From an uncultured Shewanella sp. (GTDB taxonomy: Bacteria; Pseudomonadota; Gammaproteobacteria; Enterobacterales; Shewanellaceae): a stretch of DNA of 64,000 bases. The position numbers were made by a program, and so were the translations under genes. Below the pieces are notes generated by a model. It saw only the letters and a list, made by a program, of their open reading frames with translations. It had not been told where the DNA came from and did no database searches. Location of the stretch: the NCBI GenBank assembly GCA_947503555.1, contig CANNEE010000005.1, positions 171,951 through 235,950 on the forward strand, in the 5' to 3' direction. Of the stretch, positions 1 to 9,723 are shown piece by piece. How positions within the stretch are numbered: position 1 is the first letter of the stretch; every line of letters begins with the position of its first letter.

Positions 1-1116
1 TTCGTGAGTTGCCTGCTTAGGGTTAGTAAAACCACAAGCATCTTTCAGTGCGTTGTCTGCAAGCGTTGGGATATCTTCAGCTTTAACGCCAAGCTTAGTT
101 AGGTTTTCAGGAATTTGAACATCAACAGAAAGCTGCTTGATTGCTGCGATAGCTGCTGCTGCACCTTCTTCATCGCCCATAGAAGTGGTATCAACACCCA
201 TAGCAGTAGCAACATCTTTTAGACGAGCTGCAGATACTTGTGCATTGTACTCTTGAACGTGTGGTAGAAGTAGTGCATTACAAACGCCGTGTGGTAGGTC
301 GTAGAAACCACCTAACTGGTGAGCCATAGCGTGAACATAACCTAGGCTGGCGTTGTTGAATGCCATACCTGCTAGGAACTGAGCGTATGCCATTTGGTCA
401 CGAGCTTCGATGCTTTGACCATTGTTTACCGCTTCACGTAGGTTTTGCTGGATAAGCTCAATCGCTTTGATTGCACAAGCATCAGTGATTGGGTTAGCAG
501 CGATAGAAACATAAGCTTCGATTGCGTGAGTTAATGCGTCCATGCCTGTAGCAGCAGTTAGGCCAGCAGGCTTAAGTAGCATTAGCTCAGGATCGTTTAC
601 AGATAGGATAGGCGTAGTGTTCTTGTCTACGATAGCCATCTTGATGTGACGATCTTCATCAGTGATGATGCAGAAACGCGTCATTTCACTCGCTGTACCA
701 GCAGTAGTGTTGATAGCCACTAATGGAAGTTGTGGCTTAGCTGAAACGTCAACACCTTCGTAGTCTTTGATGTTGCCGCCGTTGGTTGCAACAAGGGCGA
801 TACCTTTAGCACAATCGTGTGGCGAACCACCACCTAGAGAGATAACAAAGTCACAGTCGTTGCTCTTAAGTAGCTCAAGACCTGCTTCAACATTACCTAC
901 AGTTGGGTTTGGTTGAACGCCGTCAAAAGTGACAGTTTCGATGCCGTTTTCTGCAAGCTTAGCTGCAACTTTGGCTACCAGACCGATATCGACAAGTGGC
1001 TTGTCAGTTACGATTAGACCACGCTTGAAACCAAGAGTTTTGATATCACCAATTGCGTCATCAACAGCACCTTGACCCAGAACGTTTACAGCTGGAATGA
1101 AAAATTTAGCGGCCAT
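1..1116 (-). CDS. adhB: Iron-containing alcohol dehydrogenase (ADH II / YiaY family); 3' end runs off the window
   Basis: Not in the ORF track; translated by hand from ATG at 1116: [29 protein letters not shown]...[13 protein letters not shown]...[15 protein letters not shown]...[12 protein letters not shown]...[23 protein letters not shown]. These are the Fe-ADH family GGGS and His motifs. Confidence 0.93.
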   Translation of the reverse strand, partial: MAAKFFIPAVNVLGQGAVDDAIGDIKTLGFKRGLIVTDKPLVDIGLVAKVAAKLAENGIETVTFDGVQPNPTVGNVEAGLELLKSNDCDFVISLGGGSPHDCAKGIALVATNGGNIKDYEGVDVSAKPQLPLVAINTTAGTASEMTRFCIITDEDRHIKMAIVDKNTTPILSVNDPELMLLKPAGLTAATGMDALTHAIEAYVSIAANPITDACAIKAIELIQQNLREAVNNGQSIEARDQMAYAQFLAGMAFNNASLGYVHAMAHQLGGFYDLPHGVCNALLLPHVQEYNAQVSAARLKDVATAMGVDTTSMGDEEGAAAAIAAIKQLSVDVQIPENLTKLGVKAEDIPTLADNALKDACGFTNPKQATHE

Positions 1117-1731
1117 AAAATCACCTATGTTATTAAGTTAAAATTAAAAGTTATTAAATTAAAAAAGTTTTCAAAGATTCTGGTTATCAAGGTATCAATA
1201 CTTGTCAGACCATGGTGTGACCCGTGTCTAATTCTGTACTTCTTTAATGTCAAAATTAGTCAAAAGTTGGAACTTAATAACTATAAGGGTGAGTTTTTTG
1301 ACATGAATTACGTAATTTTTTTCAATAACGCCTCGCTTAAATTAGATTGATAATTATTTGTATTTGGTGGTGTGAAGGATGAGATTCAACTTTAAATTGC
1401 TTTGATTTTGTTTATAGCGCTTAATTTTCATTTGCTTACGATACTTTTTTGTCTTGTTTTTTATTTGGGGAATGAGTTCCTCTTTACCGCATGTCGTCTT
1501 AACTGGGCTTATTGAAATAATAAAATTAAATACAGTTTCGGTATTTGTTGTCAGCTTGTTGTCACGTCTGTAATTCTATCTTTAGGTTTTAATTGGTGAG
1601 ATGTGTTGCAGAATTGAAAATAAAGAGAGCCCAATAACACTGAGAGATAATTTATATACAACAATTGCTTATAAAGTGTCATTGCATTTTCTTCGTCTAT
1701 ACTTTTTTTGATGTCCTACTAATAAAAGAGA

Positions 1732-2874
1732 ATGATGATGAAAACCTATCTGACAAGATTAAGCCTTCTCTGTGTTGGTGCTCTTGCAAGTAGTGGTATA
1801 GCAATAGCTGAGGAACTAACGTTAGCGGAGTTGAAGCAACAAATAGAGGTGCTGCAAAAGCAGGTTCAGCGCTTAGAGCAGGCCCAAGAGGCGCAAAAAG
1901 TGGCTCAGCAACAGCCTAAAGTTCAGCAGGTCGCTAAGGTATCCAAGCCTGAGCCGAATAATAAACAGATTGCCGTTTATGGCTCCCTTAGACCTACCTA
2001 TGGTTATTATGATTCCAATGATGACGACTCTTGGGATGTTGGCGATGCCTTATCCCGTATCGGCATAAGGGCTCGTAATGATTTTATGCCTGGGTGGTGG
2101 GCAGAGCTTCACGGAGAGTGGAGTGTCGATATTGCCAATAATGGTGACTTTGGTAAGGCTCGTAACGCCTATGCCGCTGTAGGCTCTCCCTTGGGAAGAG
2201 TTGCGATAGGTAAGATGCGGCCACCTCAATACAGCTTAGTGGCCGAGTATGTCGATATCTTTAACCATGGCAATAGCCCCTTTGGTTATGATGCCAAAGG
2301 GATCTTCTTCATCAATAATATGGTTTCCTATCAATATAAGACAGAGCGGCTGACTTTTATGGCTGCGGGTCAATATGATGGGGAAAATGGTGACGATGCT
2401 AACGATCTCACGAATGCAGGTGTCGGCTTTGACCATGGCAATTTGCATCTGGGGGTGAGCTACTTGATGCAAGACAGTACAGACGCAGGTTTCGTGAATG
2501 GCGATGATAATGTTTGGGCCGCAGTGGCTGCATACAGCTTTGACATGGGCTTGTATCTTGCGGCTGCGTATCAAGATTACACCTATGAAAGAGATGGTTT
2601 AGCCGATAGAGATGGGCATTCGTTGGATGTTACCGCAGCCTATCCATTATCGGATCAATTTAAACTTAAACTAGGGTATTTTGATTTCGAAGATGGTTAT
2701 AGTGCAATAATGAGCCAGAACTTTGATGGCTATAATGCGACGCTAGAATGGCAGCCAGATCCTGATTTAAGATTACATCTAGAGTATTTGCATAAAGATT
2801 TTGAGTACCTAGAGGACTTCTCTTCTCTATTGGTTGGCTTTAGATACGACTTCTCTCAGTCCTGGCATTTTTGA
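1732..2874 (+). CDS. Outer-membrane porin (Gram-negative porin fold) with an N-terminal coiled-coil extension
   Basis: Signal peptide (…GIAIA-EE), then LAELKQQIEVLQKQVQRLEQAQ. Followed by porin-like IAVYGSLR…SRIGIR and alternating beta-strand patterns; C-terminal aromatic residues (GFRYDF…WHF). Confidence 0.82.
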   Translation: MMMKTYLTRLSLLCVGALASSGIAIAEELTLAELKQQIEVLQKQVQRLEQAQEAQKVAQQQPKVQQVAKVSKPEPNNKQIAVYGSLRPTYGYYDSNDDDSWDVGDALSRIGIRARNDFMPGWWAELHGEWSVDIANNGDFGKARNAYAAVGSPLGRVAIGKMRPPQYSLVAEYVDIFNHGNSPFGYDAKGIFFINNMVSYQYKTERLTFMAAGQYDGENGDDANDLTNAGVGFDHGNLHLGVSYLMQDSTDAGFVNGDDNVWAAVAAYSFDMGLYLAAAYQDYTYERDGLADRDGHSLDVTAAYPLSDQFKLKLGYFDFEDGYSAIMSQNFDGYNATLEWQPDPDLRLHLEYLHKDFEYLEDFSSLLVGFRYDFSQSWHF

Positions 2875-2882
2875 TATGACGT

Positions 2883-2919
2883 AAACAAACCCGCATCAGC
2901 TGTTGCGGGTTTGTTTTTT
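2883..2919 (+). terminator. Intrinsic terminator after the porin gene
   Basis: AAACAAACCCGCA-loop-TGCGGGTTTGTTT followed by a T tract. Confidence 0.85.
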
Positions 2920-3018
2920 CACGTCTAACAATAGCCTTGTTGCTGTCTCGAGGTTATTTTTGTTGTCAAAAAAAGTACGAGCGTGCTAAAGTGCTGAGCA
3001 AATCATTGAGAGTGAATT

Positions 3019-3606
3019 ATGAGTAAAGGCAAAGCAACCCGGGAGAACATTCTAATTAAAGCGTTTGAGCTGGCCAGTGAAAATGGACTGGAAAGCTTAA
3101 CGATAGGAGAGTTAGCCAAGCAGTGTGCTATGTCTAAAAGTGGTTTATTTGCTCACTTTAATTCAAAGGACAATTTGCAGGTTGCTGTGTTGGAACACGC
3201 AAAGCAAGTGTTCAGCCAAAGAGTAATTTCGCCAGTTAGACAAGATACACAAATAAATATAGAGAAGAAGCTGATGAGGCTTCTTGATAACTGGTTGGGC
3301 TGGAACCACTCGTTTCAAGGCAGTTGCATGTTTCTTGATGCGTGGCGTGAAATGGGAACAGAAACTCCGCCAACCCAGAAAGCGTTGAGACAGATAACAG
3401 AGACTTGGATTGAGTATTTGTGTATTCAAATAGAGAAAGGCATTGAGAGTGGAGAGTTTCGACAAGAACTGGATGCAAAGCAAGCAACGTTTGAGTTGTA
3501 TGGCTTGTATTTAAGCGCGAATCTTTTTTATTCCTTGCAAGGAAAAGAGGTCAGCTATCAGCATTTTTGGCAAGGTGTTACGCGCTTAATTGCAAGTTGG
3601 AAATAG
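3019..3606 (+). CDS. TetR/AcrR family transcriptional regulator
   Basis: N-terminal HTH: GLESLTIGELAKQCAMSKSGLFAHFNSKDNL. Confidence 0.93.
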   Translation: MSKGKATRENILIKAFELASENGLESLTIGELAKQCAMSKSGLFAHFNSKDNLQVAVLEHAKQVFSQRVISPVRQDTQINIEKKLMRLLDNWLGWNHSFQGSCMFLDAWREMGTETPPTQKALRQITETWIEYLCIQIEKGIESGEFRQELDAKQATFELYGLYLSANLFYSLQGKEVSYQHFWQGVTRLIASWK

Positions 3607-3654
3607 CAATCAATATTGGCTAAGTGCAGTCACTTAGCTTTTTATTTACCCATC

Positions 3655-3678
3655 AAAAGCACGACCGTTCGTATTTTT
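3655..3678. promoter_or_regulatory. Candidate TetR operator (AGCACGACCGTTCGTA)
   Basis: Imperfect palindrome ACGA-CCGT-TCGT between tetR and the hydrolase. A related GTACGAGCGTGC lies at 2975-2986 in the tetR promoter spacer. Confidence 0.4.
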
Positions 3679-3709
3679 GATGGTTAAAAGTGAAACAAGA
3701 GTAGCAATC

Positions 3710-4567
3710 ATGAGTGACAAAATTTATTTCAATAGTGGTAACAAAGCCACATTCAAGAGCCGACTAGTTAACTTAACGACTCGGTTGCATCATACCTTAG
3801 CGCCAAGGCATGCTCGTAAAACTGCACGCAGACTCCTATTAACACCGGCAAGAGTCAAATCCAAGAACCTTGAGCCTCAAGGTCTAACGAAAGGTGAGGT
3901 GGTGTCGACAGAGGGAAAATTAAAAACTTATCGTCTAGGAAATGGGCCTGTATGGATTTTAGCCCATGGCTGGTCTGGTAATGCGAGTCAGTTTTTTCCT
4001 TTAATGGAACATATTGCTAGTCAAGGTTTTACGGCTTTGGCTTATGACCATCCAGGGCACGGTCAAAGCGAAGGCGTCTATGGGCATATTCCTGCTTTCG
4101 TAGCAGGTCTTGAGGCAATTCTTGACAGTGTTGATGATGTTGCGGGTATGGTTAGCCATAGTATGGGGACTGTTGCAGCTATTGAATGTCATCATAACAA
4201 ACTGGTAAATAAACCATTTTTGTTAATAGCACCAGCTTTGGATTATATGGATAACCTATATGCCAGTATCGCTCGCTCTGGTTATTCGATGAAGCTATTT
4301 AACAGCCTTATTTCTGAAATAGAAGTGCAATACCGCTATCCGACTCAATCAATAGACCCCTATGAAAAATTAAAACGTCGAGATGCAACAAGTATCATAG
4401 TCCACGATGAACAAGATAAGATTACCAACTTTTCAGTATCTTTTGATGCTGCGCAGAAGATGGCAAATGTGACCTTGATAAGCACTCAGGGCCAAGGACA
4501 TGGACGGATAATGAAAAGCGCTGCTGTGATGACGAGCTTTGACACCTTGATAGCTTGCTCCACATAA
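3710..4567 (+). CDS. Alpha/beta hydrolase
   Basis: HGWSG oxyanion motif, nucleophile elbow SHSMG, VHDEQD and a C-terminal GHG. Likely start is ATG 3710; the ORF track starts at 3677. Confidence 0.88.
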   Translation: MSDKIYFNSGNKATFKSRLVNLTTRLHHTLAPRHARKTARRLLLTPARVKSKNLEPQGLTKGEVVSTEGKLKTYRLGNGPVWILAHGWSGNASQFFPLMEHIASQGFTALAYDHPGHGQSEGVYGHIPAFVAGLEAILDSVDDVAGMVSHSMGTVAAIECHHNKLVNKPFLLIAPALDYMDNLYASIARSGYSMKLFNSLISEIEVQYRYPTQSIDPYEKLKRRDATSIIVHDEQDKITNFSVSFDAAQKMANVTLISTQGQGHGRIMKSAAVMTSFDTLIACST

Positions 4568-4931
4568 GGCCTATTTGATGTGTGCTTTTATGTTTAATCA
4601 TCTATAAGTATAAGTACTGAAAATTATATTGTGGCAATATTCATCATGTTGGCTTTCACTGTGAATATTGCAGCAACGCTGCTTTCATTGTCGGTTTTGA
4701 GGGATCTCTGACGGCAACTGTTTTCTCTTCATTTTTCATTTTGTGCTCACTAATTGTGCAATTGCACCAAAACTATTCTAGAGTTTTATTCTGTTCTAAG
4801 GACATTGATTCACACATTTGATGGATATCCTTTGTCATTATTCAATCTATATTATCTAAGCTTATGAATTTAAGTTGATTTAATGTTTTTTACTAGTCAA
4901 TTATGGATTGTCTTAAAAGTGTTACCTTGCC

Positions 4932-4948
4932 TTGGTATGTTACCTGCT
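4932..4948 (+). promoter_or_regulatory. Putative sigma54 (-24/-12) promoter upstream of malQ-glg
   Basis: TTGGTATGTTACCTGCT with GG(4934-35)-N10-GC(4946-47). It matches 10 of 13 specified positions of YTGGCACG-N4-TTGCW. Confidence 0.45.
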
Positions 4949-5062
4949 AGATGGATGGAATAGTGATTTTGACAGGCAATGCTATCGGCGTTGTTCTCAT
5001 ATCAGGTCAATAACATTGCTATGAAAGGAGTCTTGGACTTTTGAGATTATTAGGGAAGCGAG

Positions 5063-7408
5063 ATGTCACTGGATAAATTGCTATATCTTAGGGGAGTCGG
5101 GCTTGAATATACCGATTACCATGGTGAGCGAGTTGTGATACCTGAGCGAGACCGGCAGGCATTGTTAGCGTGCATGCTAGATCAGCCCTTAACCCCAGAA
5201 CTGAATGCCAAGCAAAACTATCATATTGATGCCACACCTTGGTTGCTGCCCCTTGCTTCTTTTCAGTGGTGTTATGCCGATGACCTGAATATTCAGCTTT
5301 GTTTACCAGCCCAATTCACCGGTGACCTTGAACTGCGTTTGGAAACTGAGTGGAAGGGTTTTCACTCTTTGAGCCTAAGCTTTCCGCAAGTGCTCTGTGA
5401 TAATGTCATTGCAAGTGGGGAAAGTTTAGCCAATCAGATTAAGGTGAGTTGTATTGGCGACTATTACATAGATGGTATGAGCTTCTTTAAATATCAGATT
5501 AGTTTGCCGTCCTCTAACACTAGTGACTTTTTCAAGGCTCTCAAGCCTGGCTACCATAGACTGATATTGGATTATAAAGGCGCATCCAAAACGGGATTTA
5601 AGGCTGTTAGCTTGGGTGTTGATAAAACCCATTCTCTTTATCAGCCCTATAGGCAGAGCCATTATTTGGGGGCTTTAATGGTAGCACCCACAGAGTCATA
5701 CCAAGGGTTAGACTCTAAAAAACAGTGGGGGGTTAGTGTTCAGCTATATAGCTTGGCGAGCCCGGAGCAGTGGGGAATAGGAGACTTTGGACAGTTAAGG
5801 GAGTTAATTGAGCTTCTAAGCCCCCTAGGTGCCTGCTTTATTCAGTTAAATCCGCTCCATGCCCAGCATCATCACAGAATTGGTCACGAAAGCCCCTATA
5901 GCCCAAGTGATAGACGTAGGATTAACCCTATCTATATCGATATTGCTGCCTTAAGCGAATATCAATATGTGAGCTCTGAGCTTGAACTGCCCCAATGGCA
6001 GTTGGCGCGAACTCAGCTTAACGAACTTGAGTGGTTAGATTATTCAAGTGTGTATCGCCTTAAGTTTGCTGCACTAGCACTAAGTTATGAGGCTTTTTGC
6101 CGTCATGAGTTATCTCTCGATACGCCTCGAGCAAGGCAGTTTCAAGTCTATGTGCAACAACAAGGTAATCGTCTTCTCGGTTATGCTCTTTTTGAAGCAA
6201 AGGCAGGACTAAAGGTCAGAGGTGATACGACTGAGCTTATCTCCCTTGGAGAAAAAGCAGTTGAAAGTTATCGCCAGGTGATTGCTAAGCAGGAGTTTTA
6301 CCTTTATCTCGCCTTTGTCTCTGAGCAGCAGCTAGAGCAATGTCAAAAGCTTGCCAAAGAGTCAGGCATGGCTATAGGCATTATTCGCGATCTAGCTGTT
6401 GGTGCTCAATCCGATGGTTATGAAGTAGAAGAAAATGCTGAGCTCTTTTGTACTCGCGCTAGTATAGGGGCTCCGCCCGATGACTTTACTGCTCAAGGAC
6501 AGGACTGGGGATTACCACCGTTAGATCCGGTTGCGGTAAAAGAGAATGATTTTACCCACTTTATTCAACTGGTTCGCAGTAACTTGCAAAGTTGCGGTGG
6601 GCTGCGCATCGATCACGTGATGGGGTTATACAGGCTTTGGTGGTGGATACAGCAGGATCCAATCTCAAAAGTAGCTCAAGCTGAAAGCTCGAATACTAAA
6701 ATTGGTGGTTATATCTATTATCCCCTTGAAACCTTGATGGCTATTCTGGCTTTAGAAAGTCATAGGGCCAAGTCCATCCTTATTGGTGAAGACCTTGGGT
6801 TAGTGCCAGAGCCCGTAAAATACCAGCTAGATAAGCTAGGTATTATCTCAAATGAACTTTTCTATTTCAGTCGCCATGATGACTGCTTTTATCAGCCTCA
6901 CGAGTTTAAACCCCATAGCCTTTTGATGTTGGCCAATCATGATGTGCCGCCATTAGCGGCGTGGTGGAGTGGTAAAGATATTAGCACGGCCCAAAAAATA
7001 GGCCTGCTAACAACACAAGATGAAGTTGAGCAGGCGTTGAATCTAAGGGCTCGCCATAAACAAGAGCTATTAGCACTACTTATCGAGCTAAGAGTGTTGG
7101 ACCGTATGGATTTGCAAGCTGGATCGGTTGAGCAAGCGGGGCCGGATTTTGCGCTGCTGATGGAAGAGTTGACGCTAGATAAAGTCGTGCAAGCATGGAT
7201 TAAAGGTTTGGCTAGGGCGAACTCATCACTATTGGCCATTCAGTTAAGTGATTTAGCACTAGAGACTCAAGCTGTGAATATTCCTGGAACGTGGAAAGAG
7301 TATCCCAATTGGCGCCGCAGAATTTCTTTAACTAGCGCTGAAATTCTCAATCAGCAATGGGTTAAGAAGTTAATGGGCGATTTACGTCAAGTTAGAGGTG
7401 CTATTTGA
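5063..7408 (+). CDS. malQ: 4-alpha-glucanotransferase (amylomaltase, GH77)
   Basis: WGIGDFG, SPYSPS, DLAVG, GQDWGLP, LRIDHVMG, IGEDLG, NHD and NIPGT…YPNWRR motifs. Confidence 0.95.
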   Translation: MSLDKLLYLRGVGLEYTDYHGERVVIPERDRQALLACMLDQPLTPELNAKQNYHIDATPWLLPLASFQWCYADDLNIQLCLPAQFTGDLELRLETEWKGFHSLSLSFPQVLCDNVIASGESLANQIKVSCIGDYYIDGMSFFKYQISLPSSNTSDFFKALKPGYHRLILDYKGASKTGFKAVSLGVDKTHSLYQPYRQSHYLGALMVAPTESYQGLDSKKQWGVSVQLYSLASPEQWGIGDFGQLRELIELLSPLGACFIQLNPLHAQHHHRIGHESPYSPSDRRRINPIYIDIAALSEYQYVSSELELPQWQLARTQLNELEWLDYSSVYRLKFAALALSYEAFCRHELSLDTPRARQFQVYVQQQGNRLLGYALFEAKAGLKVRGDTTELISLGEKAVESYRQVIAKQEFYLYLAFVSEQQLEQCQKLAKESGMAIGIIRDLAVGAQSDGYEVEENAELFCTRASIGAPPDDFTAQGQDWGLPPLDPVAVKENDFTHFIQLVRSNLQSCGGLRIDHVMGLYRLWWWIQQDPISKVAQAESSNTKIGGYIYYPLETLMAILALESHRAKSILIGEDLGLVPEPVKYQLDKLGIISNELFYFSRHDDCFYQPHEFKPHSLLMLANHDVPPLAAWWSGKDISTAQKIGLLTTQDEVEQALNLRARHKQELLALLIELRVLDRMDLQAGSVEQAGPDFALLMEELTLDKVVQAWIKGLARANSSLLAIQLSDLALETQAVNIPGTWKEYPNWRRRISLTSAEILNQQWVKKLMGDLRQVRGAI

Positions 7409-7485
7409 TTTAGCCTTGGTGGGTAACTGTCTCGATATTGACGCGGGATGAAAGGATTAACTTAAGCAATGGATAGGGTAAGACG

Positions 7486-9723
7486 ATGACACAAAATGCT
7501 CCATATTTTCACGATGGTGCAGAGGTTGCACTAATCAGGGGTGATTATATCGATGTCTTTTCCTTGTTGGGAATGCATCAAGCACCTAGTGGCAAAGGTC
7601 TGATGGTACGCTGCTTCTTACGGGGAGCCTTGGCAGTCGATGTCATCAGTTGTAAGGATAATCGTAAAGTAGCCAGTCTTGATAAGGTTAATGATGAAGG
7701 GGTTTTTGCTGGTTCTATGGGCCGGCGAGTTAATCCTTTTCTTTATAAGCTGAAGGTGACTTACCCCCTTGCTCAATGCGACATTATCGATCCTTACCAG
7801 TTTCCTAGCATGCTTAATGAAGATGATTTGCATCTATTTGGTGAAGGTAGTCAGCAGCAAGCTTATCAATTTTTAGGAGCCAATTGGCGAGAGTATCAAG
7901 GGATTACTGGAGTCCACTTCTGCGTTTGGGCTCCCAACGCTAAATCCGTGGCTGTATCTGGTGATTTTAATGATTGGGACGGTCATAGGCATGTGATGCG
8001 TCAGCACATGGCTAATGGCTTATGGGAGATATTTCTACCCGATGCCAAAGCTGGGCAGCACTATAAATTTGACGTTATCACCCAAGAAGGCGAGCGGCTT
8101 ACTAAGGCAGATCCTTACGCCAAGGTGATGCAATGCTCGCCAGACAATGCCTCTTTAGTGCCAGCAAATAAGCCTTATACATGGCGTGACGATGACTGGT
8201 TAGCACAACGTGCGCAATCTGAGCCCCACAGTTCGCCCATGAGTATCTATGAGGTGCATTTGGGCTCATGGCGCCGCCAAGGTGAAGCAGGACAAGATTA
8301 TCTCGATTACCAAGCTCTGATTGACTCGCTAATTCCCTGTGTTAAACAGATGGGGTTTACTCATCTGCAGTTGATGCCGATTAGTGAGTTCCCATTTGAT
8401 GGCTCATGGGGCTATCAGCCAGTAGGCCTTTATGCTCCTAGTTATCGGTTTGGCTCTCCCTATGAGCTCAAGGCGTTTATCGATGCTTGTCATCAAGCAG
8501 AGATTGCCGTGATTTTAGATTGGGTGCCGGCTCACTTCCCTAGAGATCCTCACGGATTAGGGCGTTTCGATGGTACCTGTCTCTATGAACATGAAGATCC
8601 TCGTCAAGGGGAGCATCCTGATTGGGATACCCTTATCTACAACTATGGTAGAGGCGAAGTACAAAGCTATCTGCTCAGTAATGCTCATTATTGGCTTAGT
8701 GAATTTCATTTTGATGGTTTAAGGCTAGATGCTGTGTCTTCCATGTTGTATCTCGACTATAGCCGAGAGCCTGAGCAGTGGTTGCCAAATCATAATGGTG
8801 GTCGAGAAAACCTAGAAGCAATCGAGTTTTTGAAAACGTTAAATTGGCGCCTGTATCAGGCCTTTCCCGGTATTAATATGATAGCCGAGGAATCTACCGC
8901 CTATGAGGGGGTTACACGTCCAGTCGATAGTCATGGATTAGGCTTTGGCTTTAAATGGAATATGGGCTGGATGAATGACACCTTAAGTTATCTTTCAAGA
9001 GATCCTTTATATCGCTGTCATCATCATGATCAGATGACCTTTAGTCTTATGTATAGCTTTTCAGAGCACTTTATTTTGTCGATAAGCCATGATGAAGTGG
9101 TGCATGGTAAGGGAAGTTTGATTAATAAGATCCCAGGAGATGATTGGCAAAAGTTCGCCACATTGAGAGCTTACCTTGGCTTTATGTGGGGCCATCCAGG
9201 TAAGAAGCTAATGTTTATGGGGCAGGAGTTTGCCCAGCGAGATGAGTGGTGTCATGACAAAAGCTTAGATTGGCACCTGACTGAATATGATAGTCACAAT
9301 CAGGTGCAGAAATGGTTAGCGGATTTAAATTCCTGTTACCGAAACTCATCAGCACTTTGGGCTAAAGATGCGACTGGAGACGGTTTTCGCTGGCTAGATT
9401 GCGACAATGCCAAAGCCAGCCTGTTTGCTTTTATTCGTTACGGCGACAATGGCGAATACCTGATTTTTGTTATCAATATGACGCCACAGTTGCATCATCA
9501 CTACCGAGTTGGGCTACCAGAGGCTGGTGAATATGGCGAGGTGTTAAACAGTGATAGTCACTTCTATGGTGGCAGTAATCAAGGCAATCTTGGTTGCATT
9601 AAGGCTGAAAATCAGCCTTGGCATGGTATGAACTTCAGTGGTGAGATAACTGTGCCGCCTCTCTCATGTTTAGTTATTGCTCCTCGTTGCCAATACAGTG
9701 ATAAAGCCCAGGGAACGACATAA
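7486..9723 (+). CDS. glgB: 1,4-alpha-glucan branching enzyme
   Basis: [36 protein letters not shown] and SHDEVVHGK motifs. Confidence 0.97.
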   Translation: MTQNAPYFHDGAEVALIRGDYIDVFSLLGMHQAPSGKGLMVRCFLRGALAVDVISCKDNRKVASLDKVNDEGVFAGSMGRRVNPFLYKLKVTYPLAQCDIIDPYQFPSMLNEDDLHLFGEGSQQQAYQFLGANWREYQGITGVHFCVWAPNAKSVAVSGDFNDWDGHRHVMRQHMANGLWEIFLPDAKAGQHYKFDVITQEGERLTKADPYAKVMQCSPDNASLVPANKPYTWRDDDWLAQRAQSEPHSSPMSIYEVHLGSWRRQGEAGQDYLDYQALIDSLIPCVKQMGFTHLQLMPISEFPFDGSWGYQPVGLYAPSYRFGSPYELKAFIDACHQAEIAVILDWVPAHFPRDPHGLGRFDGTCLYEHEDPRQGEHPDWDTLIYNYGRGEVQSYLLSNAHYWLSEFHFDGLRLDAVSSMLYLDYSREPEQWLPNHNGGRENLEAIEFLKTLNWRLYQAFPGINMIAEESTAYEGVTRPVDSHGLGFGFKWNMGWMNDTLSYLSRDPLYRCHHHDQMTFSLMYSFSEHFILSISHDEVVHGKGSLINKIPGDDWQKFATLRAYLGFMWGHPGKKLMFMGQEFAQRDEWCHDKSLDWHLTEYDSHNQVQKWLADLNSCYRNSSALWAKDATGDGFRWLDCDNAKASLFAFIRYGDNGEYLIFVINMTPQLHHHYRVGLPEAGEYGEVLNSDSHFYGGSNQGNLGCIKAENQPWHGMNFSGEITVPPLSCLVIAPRCQYSDKAQGTT

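Noticed and set aside
1072-1350. 92-aa ORF upstream of adhB
   Set aside because: It overlaps the adhB start on the opposite strand, is AT-rich promoter DNA and has no recognisable motif.
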